Source: Trichoplax sp. H2 (Eukaryota). From it: DNA of 64,000 nt. Position numbers and translations under genes: made by a program. The notes under the pieces were generated by a model, which did not search any database, was not told the origin of the DNA, and saw nothing but the letters and a program-made list of their open reading frames with translations. How positions within the stretch are numbered: the first letter of the stretch is position 1; every line of letters starts with the position of its first letter. The DNA is taken from contig NOWV01000029.1 in assembly GCA_003344405.1 (NCBI GenBank), positions 186,001 to 250,000 of the forward strand, written 5' to 3'. Shown here piece by piece: positions 53,058 through 64,000 of this stretch.

Positions 53058-53547
53058 GAATCTGTCACCTGACACCATTCCTTTGTCATACATCATTCTA
53101 ATTGGTGTTAGCGTAACAATGCTAATCCTTACGTCACGATCGTTGAAATTTTAATAGTACAGTACAATATTTGATGACTTGGTATGGTATAATGTGTGGT
53201 CTGGTACGGTACCGTACACTAGAGTTCTATACAAATCATGTTATTAGGCGCCAGGCGCCTACCAATGAATGAATTTTTATGCAATAGATCCACCCATCTC
53301 TTGACTCATCCGGAACTATAGCACTAATTAATTTTAATATTCTGAAGGTTCCAGTTAACTCCTTTTGCAAATAGAATTATTGCTATCGTATCACCCAAAT
53401 CGGTGCTTTAAAGGAGACGTCTGTCCGTAATTAGTCGACCAACGTGTCCTATTGGAATTACAGTACCAGTTTGTAAAACAGTATAACACTTGGCGATCCA
53501 GTACAGTATCCATTGAAATAATAACCGGTAACAAACTCTATTCCTAG

Positions 53548-55717
53548 GAGGATTTACCTGCGAAATATGATTTCAGTGGTATTTCAACATCTTTAACTAC
53601 TACAACCCCTTTCGATTCACCTACCACACCGAAAATTCAAGAAGTTGCTGGTTGCAACCAACACGCGCGGGAGAATAATAACCTGTCAATCTCCAGTAGC
53701 CCTTTACCTGTCTTAAGCTGGGCTGACAGGAAAGAAGTGTGGCAAGTTATGATAGAAAATGATAATAATTTCAAGCGCAGCCCAGATTGCTTTGATCGAC
53801 ATCCAAATCTTGTTCCAAACATGAGAGGCATCCTTTTAGACTGGATGATGGAGGTAGGATAATACTTGATGTTGATTATCGCAATGTAGTATCTTCACCT
53901 TCACTGGTACTATACACTTGCTATTAACTTAACCTTAAAAGACAAATATAAGAATACTATTAGCCGATATATCAAACTTGGATATGTGCTGTTTAGATTC
54001 TATTGATATAATGCATTCCTTACACCTTGATAATACTACCCAGTCAGAGTATATCAATTACATCGTTGTTTACATTGTAATTTTACCATGTTGTTTACAG
54101 TACTTCGTAAGAAGTTTTTATCGATATTATCGACCAATATATGAGCTAATCCAGATTGTATATCAATCTTTCAGGTGTGTGAATCGTTTAAGATGCAAAG
54201 AGAAACATTTTACATGGCCATGGATTACTTAGACAGATACTTGTCACTTAGCGATAACATTCTCAAGCAAAAACTACAGTTAATTGGTACAACCTGTTTA
54301 TTCATTGCTGCAAAAATTGAGGTTATTAGCTAATAATAAAATAAGGCCTAAAACTGATACTTTATGATTACGTATCAACTATTGTAGCTCTCTGTATGAA
54401 TTTGTGTTAATACTATATGGTCTTGTACGATAAATATCTGTGAGAATCAGCTTTCGTATTATCTAATTGGGAGGTGTACAATTGCGACCAAGTTCTCGAT
54501 TAACTTCTGTTGTGTTGTACATAATATAATTCTGTAATATTTATGTCGTTATGATTCACTAAATTAAGGCTATTTTTGGATTTAGGAAATCCAGCCGCCA
54601 CAGGTATCAGAATTTGCGTATGTTACCGATAGTGCGTGCAGTGAAGATGATATAATCAAATTAGAGCTTCAACTACTTCAGGTACAGTTGCTAAATTCAA
54701 TTCCGTAAGATTTTCTTATTATGCAGTTAAAACTTCCTATTTAATCTACGCTTAGACACTGGAATTCCAGCTCTCACCAGTTACGGTAACATCCTGGCTG
54801 AATGTCTATGTGCAACTATTTAATATCAAATTATCATCGCAAGAGCCTGTTGGTGACATGCTATATCCAACTTATTGTGGTGATCTATACATGAAAGCAA
54901 TTCGAGTAATGCAAGCCATCTTAATTTTGTAAAATTTATACGTTAATATGCAGTTTATTTACGGCTAAATGAAAGCCATACACGTAATCGTAATCGACTG
55001 CTCTTTTCAACTTTTTAGTTGATAGATTTATGCATACTAGATTCTTGGTGCCTCATGCACTCCTATAGAAGTATCGCTGCTTCTGCCTTCTATTTAATTG
55101 CTCCATCCAAGCAATTAGCTATTGATTGCACTGGTATGTTAAATTGAGTTTACGTAACGAATTGAAAACGAAAATCTCGTTATCAGTAAAATCCACTCTA
55201 ACTTTTCAATTTGTTTCAATGCAAGGACCTACAATACTTAATCAATGTTTTCTACTCCTTTCAGGGTATTTATGGGAAAATCTCACTAGCTGTATATCCT
55301 GGATGATGCCTAAATACGAAACTGTAAAGAAATACTGTACTTCCTATGAAATCCAAACTATTAACAATGTAATATTGAATTTTGATTATCTGTTACATCT
55401 ATTGCAATTAGAGTCTATTTTTTAAGTTAGTTTCTTATATAATCTTTGTAATATAGATTCCAAAGCTTGACCTGCATAGGATTCAGACTCATCACGTTGA
55501 TCTTACGTTGCTGGTACACCATTACCTGTAAATAGCTTCTTTGAAATGTACTATAATAATTACTATTATCATTTCCCCTCGCTAGGAAAAATCACAGGTA
55601 ATAGCTGACAAATTAACTACAAACGCGTTTATTGATCAACCCGCTTCCCCGAAAGTATCTGAAGCTGTGATAACTCCTCCTGACAGCAGCAAAAAGAAAA
55701 AATTTAGATCAGATTAA
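53548..55717 (+). CDS. CCNE: G1/S-specific cyclin E (core exons; 5' end uncertain)
   Basis: Exons 53548-53853, 54175-54321, 54586-54681, 54756-54905, 55019-55133, 55265-55368, 55457-55513 and 55586-55717. Sequences SPLPVLSWADRKEVW, HPNLVPNMRGILLDWMMEVCE...RETFY, LFIAAKIEEI.PP...FAYVTD.AC, LSPVTVTSWLNVY and IQTH, plus C-terminal degron VITPPDSSKK. The six-frame ORF track largely misses this gene. Confidence 0.93.
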
Positions 55718-56949
55718 ATTTTCTTAAAGTTATTTGCATTTGTTAGTTATGTATTAAATATGTTCAATATTCTTTTATTACTGTAAAAAATTACATCATA
55801 TTGAGATTTCGTTTTCACAGTTACGTCATTGCATTATTAATATCAAGTATCGTTGTTAATGAACATATCTGAAAGATATACTGTATATTAATGTTTTGAC
55901 GACAAAATTGTGCTTTTTGCACTATAATATGTAAAAATGTTTTAGATTTCAATCGAAGCATTAAAAGCATAGTATAACGATAGTCAATTTTTTTAAATGC
56001 AATTATTACTTATAATTATTTGACTGTATTTGGCTAATCTGTTTCATACATGGAAATGGAAGCTTTGTTGTAGCTAACATCGCTGCAAGGTATATCAATG
56101 AAATACCTACCTATAAGAGAATAATTATTCCTTCTTTATCTATTGTAGTCCTTATTTAGTAATTTTGTACATAAGCAATGGGGTACACTAAGCACTAAAA
56201 CAACCTCGAAATTTCAAGCCAGCGAGTGCAAGATGAATGTGAATTGTACTGTACACACTTAGAACATGCTTTCTACATCTTATTCTGAATGTATACCGTG
56301 CCGTATAATATTATATATTGTGTTCCACGTATAAGAATTTCTATCATTTGGTTATTGTAATAAAATTTTTGGCGATTTCATAGAGTGCTATTCTACGTCT
56401 TAAAAACGTCAACAGTGTCATTAGCCGTTACTATGATTTTTTTTGCAAATTGCCGTAAAAGTTTAACTTGATAAAAGCTACTGTACGTATAATTGATTGA
56501 TTGATACTTTGAGAAGGGCCTCATGAATTGTACTAACGAGCATATTTCAATAACGTCATTTCCTATTTAGCATCTACTAAGAATCTAACGAAATTTTGCG
56601 AGTACCACGCAGACTACGAGTTTTTCAAACAATGGTACGAAAAGGTCAGACGTACGAATTCTTAACTATAGCTATTATCCATTTAGCGTACGACCACAAA
56701 TAATCCTTTCAATATATAAATCCAATAATTTATGGGTATCTTTATTTCACTATGAAATAAACTTAAATACCTAAGGTCGAGATTAAAACACATTTTTGGA
56801 GCTGAGAAATGTAACAAAAAAAAGCCTTCCTATGGTGGTCAAGCAGTAGCATTTACAGAATCTGACAATTTGTCGGAATTTAAGTCGGTATTGATGAATA
56901 GAATATAAAATATACAAAACTTCAACACAGTGTATTAAGGAAAAAAGTA

Positions 56950-59900
56950 TTACGATGGTGGCGGACGAGCCCCTGTTGGTGGTCCTAGTAGATATTTGAA
57001 TAAAATATCATGAATTTAATATAATTAAAAACGTTCATTGACTTTACTCAGATACAAATTTGCACTTACGAGGAGGCATTCCGGGTGGAGGAACTCCTGG
57101 CATACCTGGCGGAGGCATACCCCTTGACATACCTAGAAATTCACAATGTTAAAAATTTGCAAACTATATCTTTCTTATATAACAGAATTGTTACAATATC
57201 AAAGGAAGCAATATCCTCAAAATAAAATTAGCCTACCAGCAGGCGGCATAGGTGGCATCCCAAATAGCGGAGGACCGCCAGGAGGACCTATGTTGAGTGA
57301 ATTTATATTTAGACATGTAAGAAATCTTTATATTAAAGAGTGCTTTATAAAACCTAACAGATGTTACTCAGAAAACAGTATTATCTAAAGATGAAAATAC
57401 TAGACACAGCGTGTAAGTTACCTGGTGGCATTCTTGGAGGCATACCACGGCCCATCATTGGGGGCCCTAAAGATCACCGAAAAATAAATCATTTATCATC
57501 CGAACTACTTTCAAATGGGCTTACGAAAACGAGTAATATCATAAAGTAGTACATATGATACCTCCAATAGGAGCTGCAGGACGGGGTGGGCCACCTGGAG
57601 GCATTGAACCTATAAACGAAAAATTTATTCACTTGAGTTATGTGTTGATAGACAAGTATAATTGCTCGCAGTTCAAAATCTGTGAGAGCATTGTAATTTT
57701 TTTGTCGGCTATTAATTTTCATCACGTACCTGGAGGGCCAGGAACTGCCGAAGGTGGAAATTGTGGAGGTGCTATTAATTTAGAAATTTCGCTGAATAAG
57801 ACTTCATGGAATATTTACCGTACTAAAATATCAACACTGAGATAAACAAGAATGCAAAAACTATACCCTTACCACCACTAGCCCCACGACCTTGAGGTGT
57901 CATAACTTGTTGTCCAGGCCCACCAACACCTTTTGCAGGTCCCGAAAGGCCTGTTTGATAAACAGAAGAAATTGCAATCTCTCAGTATAACTATGAAAAG
58001 CAATGCATCAGTACAGAAAGTATTTTAGAGTTGGTAGATATTTAATAATAACCAGGTGGAGCAGCTGCTGCAGGAGCAACGGGCACTCCCCTTCCTGCTG
58101 CACGGCCAATGCCAGGACCAGGAGTGGCAGAAAAGCCAGGAACTCTTGCTCTTTCCTATATAAAGTTAATACCAGACTTGTCAGTCATACAACAACACAC
58201 TCGTGTGATATACGAGTTTCTCGTTTATTGTATTGCAGGACATATATAACAAAAACCTTGCTTGAATTTATAAATGAAATAAACATAAATTTAAGATACC
58301 TAAATGTTGTCATTTCTACAATAAGTACCATTTGCATAAATAGTACACTTGACAAACGTGGATGAAATGATCGAATGTTAGGGAAAATACAGTAGTTATA
58401 TTACACCTATTTATACGATTGATTGATCATAATCACCATCATGAACATTTCAACAGTTCAGTCAATTACATCTTTTCCGGTATTTCATACACTAGAATGA
58501 TATTTAATTTATCTGAAGGTTGTTTAAATATCCCATCCATGGAACAGTTAACTCTTCTACAGTATAGTACAATCTTTTTCATCTTTAGGAATACCCATTC
58601 TTTTAATTCATTATCCTCAAATAAGTACTATGCAATGACTATAAGTACAGTCGCATAAACAACCTGAAATTTATACTTATAGCTTTTAATCAATTCTATA
58701 AACGAGTTATCATCGAAATACTACTAATTTTCAATACAACAAGTAATGCTACGAATTTCAAGGCATAGTATTTACTATACTATAATATTCGAATCAGACT
58801 TCTCGCATATTAATAAAAATAATATTAAATGAGTCTACGCATACAACGTATACTGTAGCACTTTCCTGTACAGCAAATATCACTCAAATCTCAATACTCA
58901 TCCATTATATTGATATTAGAATGCATTGAGCAAAGATATGGGCTACCAAATGCAACTGCAGCCTTAATGGTCCAAGGCAATGACTATGGCGGGCACAAAA
59001 TAACCGATAAATGACTCAGTCGATGACTGTACCTCACTGTTACAAGAGCATGAGATATCAATAATCTGCTATCTGTGGTAGTATTACTCGTATGTAAGCC
59101 TATCCTTTTCACCACTGCTGGCAAACTTTCAGGACTCAAAATTTCCATTTTGATGTTAATAATTAATTTATAACTACCGCTTTCAGAATGAACTCGTTCT
59201 CACCAATCATTACCCTATAGAGTACAGTTATGCATATGATGGACTCCATAATACGCTGTAAATACATAAAGTGAAAACACCAAGAAAGAAACATATTAAT
59301 ATACTGTACAGTACAACAAACACGCAACACTAAGGAAAACGACGAAACCACTGCAAATCTTCATTTTTTAGCTATTCTAGATCTTTCAAGCACTATGGAG
59401 AATTAGTTTTAACTGAGTAATTCTGTATAATACTACTCTGTCTTTAACGTAAATTGACTGCTATGCTGCAAATGGGATACCGTCACAGTTATAATGTAAC
59501 TAAAAATGAATCATTATCCCAAGCAACATCGAATGTTGTCTATGAATCGAAGTTAGCAGCAACTACCGTTCAAAGCTATAACATTTATCCTTTTCCACAA
59601 GTCCACACATTGTATCTCTAACATTGTCTATGGATGGAAAGCTATGGCATGGCAAAACTAATGTGTGAAGCCACAAAGGTTATCATTGTCCCAAGCCACA
59701 TGTACAAAAAAGCTACTACTCAATGTGCTCATTCCTGCAACGTTGTCTATAAATGGAAATCAGTGGCAACTACTGTGCAAAGCAATCAAAAAATGCTGAT
59801 TGTCTCTAGTAACATGTAAGTGCTACAAGTCCACAGATTATCTATGAATTGAAATTGGCGCAACTACCTTGCGAAGCTGTCCATGCTGTAGTTTATAACC

Positions 59901-60792
59901 TAAAGTCCACACACTAGCACCTGTAATATCAGCTATGGATCCAAAACTGTGGCAAACTACCGTACCAAGCTACTAAAGATGTCCTCATATACCAACACAC
60001 CACTGAATGGAAAACTGTAACAACAATTGCTTCAAGCTACAAAATGATGTTATTGTCTCACATTGTAGGCAAAATAGAGCTACTAACTCATGTAGTAGCG
60101 CCTGCAATGTCGTCTACGAATTGAAAGATGTGATCACTATTGCGTACAACTCGTCAATTTTATCTTCAAGTTGAAGTTTGATAGGCCAACTGTAGTAGAG
60201 AGATGAAAAAGTGAAACATAATGCTCTCTCATTTCAAGAACTCCTAAAACGTCGAGTCCATTGGCGGTCTTGACTATTATTATTGATACGGTCATTACTA
60301 GTCATCACTGTCCATTATTCAGTAGTTGAGAAGAAGAAGAGCAATGAACATTAACTGTACAGAATAGGGGGAATAGTCATGGCATTGGATGAAATGCCTT
60401 TTTATGTCACATCAACCGATGACATGGACAAGAAGACTTACTTCTGCTGGCGGAGGACCTTCCACTGTTAACGACACCAGATTTTCACCACGTAATATTA
60501 CTAAGCCTAAAGACCTTTTTTCTTCACGTTCTTGATTCTTGGATGACTTTGATTTAATCTTACGAAATTCATCACAATCCCCCAATACAATATTCATATG
60601 TTTATCATAAGCTAATAAAGTACCAATAAACATCCTTGTATCCTGCAAAGTGGCGCGCATCCTGTAATTGATGTGCATAGCCATCTTGGATTTTTTACTG
60701 ACAGGCTAAAAAAGCGACAAGAAATAATACAAGAAAGGGTTACAAAAAAGATATTAGCTTCAAAAGAAGATTAGGATGGATTCAAATACCAT
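56950..60792 (-). CDS. SNRPB: Small nuclear ribonucleoprotein SmB/B'
   Basis: ATG-only first coding exon (60792-60790). Sm-domain exon 60705-60442 ([34 protein letters not shown]...[27 protein letters not shown]). Exon 58155-58053 ([11 protein letters not shown]) is followed by seven short Gly/Pro-rich exons; stop TAA at 56952-56950. Confidence 0.95.
59530..60155. repeat. Degenerate ~42-nt motif repeated ~7 times with variable spacers in SNRPB intron 2
   Basis: tgtctatgaat.gaaa.....gcaactac....caaagcta-like motif at ~59537, 59625, 59744, 59839, 59931, 60003 and 60111. Confidence 0.65.
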
Positions 60793-60979
60793 GATTGCTG
60801 TCCAAGATTACTTCGATACAACTGATGAAGAAGGATAATGTCAGATCGTCGATTCAAGATGGTCTACCCACTTGCAAGTTACAACGACGCACTTGAGACG
60901 TTCCAATGCACCTTCCACTCTATACCACTGCAGTATAGTTCCTTTTTCACTGTGGCCAGTCGCTGCCATCAGTCCTGGA

Positions 60980-61940
60980 CTGCTGTACTCAACACTGTAC
61001 TGTAGTGTATTCAGTACTAAGTATTGTAGTACTGACAGTACAGTACTGTACACTGTACACCACGGTATCCCAGAATTCTGGGCTAGCGTAGAACAATCTA
61101 CTGTACAATACCAGTGTTTACAGCACAGTGTACAGTACCGCATCCTAGAATTCAGGGCCAGGCTTCTTCTCTACAGTACAGTACACTCTCTATTGGTACT
61201 GTTCTGTGGTAAACTCAGTACTAAGTATTGTAGTTCTGACAGTACAGTACAGTACTGTACACTGTACGCTACAGTACAGTACACTACGGTATCCCAGAAT
61301 TCTGGGCTAGCGTAGAACAGTCTACTGTACAATACTAGTGTTTACAGCACAGTGTACAGTACCGCATCCCAGAATTCAGGGCCAAGCTTCTTCACTACTT
61401 TTACTGGTACTGTTCTGTGGTATACTCAGTACTAAGTATTGTAGTTCTGACAGTACACTACTGTACGGTATCCCAGAATTCTGGACTAGCGTAGAACAGT
61501 CTACTGTACAATACCAGTGTTTACAGCACAGTGTACTGTACTGTACAGTACCGCATCCCAGAATTCTGGGCCAGGCTTCTACACTACTGTACACTGTACA
61601 GTACTCTACTTGTACTGTACAGTACTGTACTGTACTGTACTGTAGTATACTCAGTACTAAGTATTGTAGTTCGGACAGTACTGTACAGTGTACACTCGAC
61701 ACTCTACTGTACAGTACAGTGTACACGACCGTATCCCACAATTCTGGGCTACCGTAGAACAGTCTACTGTACTGTACAATACAAGTGTTTACACTACCGT
61801 ACAGTACCGTATCCCAGAATTCTGGGCTACCGTAGTACAGTATCCTGTACGTACTGTATTGTATCGTACTACGGTGGCCTAGAATTCTGGGATACTGGAG
61901 TACTGTACTGTACAGTAAACACTGTACATTGTACAATGGC
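60980..61940. repeat. Tandem ~180-260 bp repeat containing CCCAGAATTCTGGG palindromes and CAGTA/CTGTA runs, between SNRPB and the BtpA-family gene
   Basis: Unit ctcagtactaagtattgtagt...ggtatcccagaattctgggctagcgtagaacagtctactgtacaata..agtgtttacagcacagtg..cagtaccgcatcccagaattc, about 4 copies; about 9 palindrome copies in total. Confidence 0.9.
61802..61905. mobile_element. Second MITE-like element with CAGTA termini and TA flanks
   Basis: TA|CAGTACCGTATCCCAGAATTCTGGGCTACCGTAGTAC ... GTACTACGGTGGCCTAGAATTCTGGGATACTGGAGTACTG|TA; inverted arms of ~37 bp with a few mismatches. Confidence 0.55.
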
Positions 61941-61976
61941 AAAACAATGGGGCAGGAAATGACTGGTGAGTTGAAG

Positions 61977-61989
61977 GGTCCAAAGTCCA
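61977..61989 (+). promoter_or_regulatory. HNF4-type DR1 site GGTCCAAAGTCCA
   Basis: Close match to the HNF4 consensus ~165 bp upstream of the BtpA-family ATG. Confidence 0.4.
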
Positions 61990-62151
61990 CGCCAGAGCTC
62001 GGAAAATTTGAAATGTCTTTGCGGTCGGCAAACTGCAAAACTACATTTAAAGGCATACTGTAGAGGTTTGTAGCCTTCTACTGTATTTAGCGCACGGTAT
62101 CGCTCGAGTGTTTTCACACTGGCAAACCCTTCTTTCGACTACGTATGAAGA

Positions 62152-63877
62152 ATGTCTTGTATTCGTTTTCAAAATGTTTTCCGACGACTTCGGCTAGTTA
62201 CTATTGGCATGTTACATGTACCGGCTTTACCAGGTGATTGAATAAAATACTACGTCTACTTCTCCAATTCATTCAGTTTTTCTACAGTGGTAATGCAAAA
62301 GCTGGAAATAGGGAATGCGTCGACGCACAGTTTGTAGGTGATCCATAGAGTACCATTCCTACTCTTTAAATGGATTCACTTTTCCTACAGTTCTAATCGA
62401 CAAGTTACCAGTAAGGAATAGGTCAGTACTAGTGTAGTCGATGAACATCATAAGATGCCATCACGCCAGATTTAGCTAAATACCCAATGTAGATTAGATC
62501 ACCAACTTCCCTTACAAGTCTCTCACGACGGTATGCTGTCCCCTGAGTGAACAGCATTATTATTGTTCTTAGTACGAGATCATCTGTGTACATTGTACTC
62601 AGATCATACAGTACATACTGTACAGTGTCCACATAGTACTGTACTGTACGTCTACTTTAATCCAGTTCAAGGTACAGTATCCATTGGAGCTGCATTGCAC
62701 AACTGTTTATATAAGTGGATATCATTTTAGACTGTACAGTATAGTAAGGAAACTACAACAAGTAATAGTGTAGTTGAATAGACTAACCTTTTCATTGAAA
62801 GGATTGATATTACTATTAAATGCCTCTTCTTACAACTATAACCAACATATATCTTCTCCTATTCAACCAGGTACTCCAGCAAATCGTATGTCGATGCCTG
62901 ATATTATTCAAAAGGTTTTACACGAAGCTGAAATATATTCAAAAGCTGGAATTGTACGTCTTAGTCATAACATAAAATCAATCCTAATCTTGTATACGAC
63001 ATCAATGGACGACTCATACTACAGCAAATGCTTCTTACTTGGCCATACTACCATAGCTATTATGCGATACAGTTTGTAGATGCAAAAATCCTTGAACAAC
63101 AGTGTCATTATCATCACCATACTATTACCAACCAATATCGACCCAAATGATCAAATAGTCAGTGTGAACATGCTTTTCAATTCTATATTATATCCTTTAA
63201 AATCGTCAGTCCAATACGTATGCAACACGTCAGTCCAATACGTATGCAACACCGAAAAAGAATGGTATGCTTGTTACACAGTTTGCAATCAATAGCCCTT
63301 CATCGATTACAAATTGCCATTAATATTACTCAATATACTTCAATTACATCGTATTAGTCAATATCATGAATTGCACATACTGTATATATCACCAGCAAGA
63401 GTTAGACAGATGTTCACTATATTTTCCATAAACTGTAAACTAGCTCTATAAAATAATAGCGCTACAACAGTCATTGATATCACCTTTCCACTATATGATA
63501 TTATAGTTTTATAAATGTCTTCTTCATCAATTCTCTGACCTTCAGGATGCCCTGATGGTAGAAAATATGCACGATGTTCCATATATTAAGAAGAACTTAG
63601 GCCCTGAGATTGTTTCTGCAATGTCTATTTTGGGTTACGAAGTGAAGTCAAAAACAAAATTACCCTGTGGCCTACAAATACTCGCTGCTGCCAATAAAGA
63701 AGCTTTAGGTGCTTGTAAAGCTGCTGGCTTAGATTTTGTCCGCGTAGAAGGATATGTTTATTCTCACGTAGCAGATGAAGGCTTTATTGACAGTTGTGCC
63801 GGTGAAATTCTACGTTATCGAAAGAGCATCAATGCTGACGACATTTTAATATTTGCCGACATCAAAAAAAAACATAG
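62152..63877 (+). CDS. BtpA/SgcQ-family TIM-barrel protein, first three exons; gene continues beyond the window
   Basis: Exon 62152-62233 (MSCIRF...TIGMLHVPALPG), exon 62871-62953 (TPANRMS...EAEIYSKAGI) and exon 63546-63877 (DALMVENMHDVPY...GLQILAAANKEAL...DFVRVEGYVYSHVADEG...IFADIKKKH). Confidence 0.88.
63204..63251. repeat. 24-bp perfect tandem duplication in an intron
   Basis: cgtcagtccaatacgtatgcaaca x2. Confidence 0.9.
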
Positions 63878-64000
63878 GTTAGATAACAAAATAACCTTAA
63901 AAGACAAATTCCTATAGCCATAGCGTACTCGTATCAAAGATTGAAGCGCGTTATACCCTATCCTTAGCTATAAATTATCGAGCATGCACTGCTATAACTC

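Noticed and set aside
5350..63877. Non-canonical (AT-AC or GC-AG) introns, stop-codon readthrough or selenocysteine signals
   Set aside because: All introns I traced are GT-AG (not every CNOT1 junction was checked), and no in-frame stops were needed for any gene model.

Overview
AT-rich eukaryotic (animal) genomic DNA with short GT-AG introns and two 20-N gaps (1241-1260, 4177-4196). Gene content and compact introns suggest an early-branching metazoan, possibly a placozoan such as Trichoplax (inference, not verified). Seven protein-coding genes were reconstructed by hand: GLG1 (+, 28 coding exons, with an extra N-terminal 68-aa repeat block); two tandem CPT1 paralogues with intronless CDS (+); CNOT1 (-); cyclin E (+); SNRPB/SmB (-); and the 5' part of a BtpA/SgcQ-family gene (+). 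CNOT1/cyclin E and SNRPB/BtpA are head-to-head. The main unexplained signal is dense, mixed-orientation TA(CAG)TA / TA(CTG)TA pentamer arrays, concentrated in the divergent promoter regions and near 5' ends. They occur alongside short inverted-repeat elements that start with CAGT and are mostly TA-flanked. Duplicated copies of several local repeats differ by exact +5/+10 bp CTGTA-type insertions at a TA, matching the Tc1/mariner (Sleeping Beauty-type) excision footprint. The arrays may therefore be accumulated transposon footprints rather than slippage microsatellites. Also noted: HNF4/nuclear-receptor-like sites upstream of the CPT1 genes, E2F-like sites in cyclin E, and a degenerate motif-spacer array in the long SNRPB intron.
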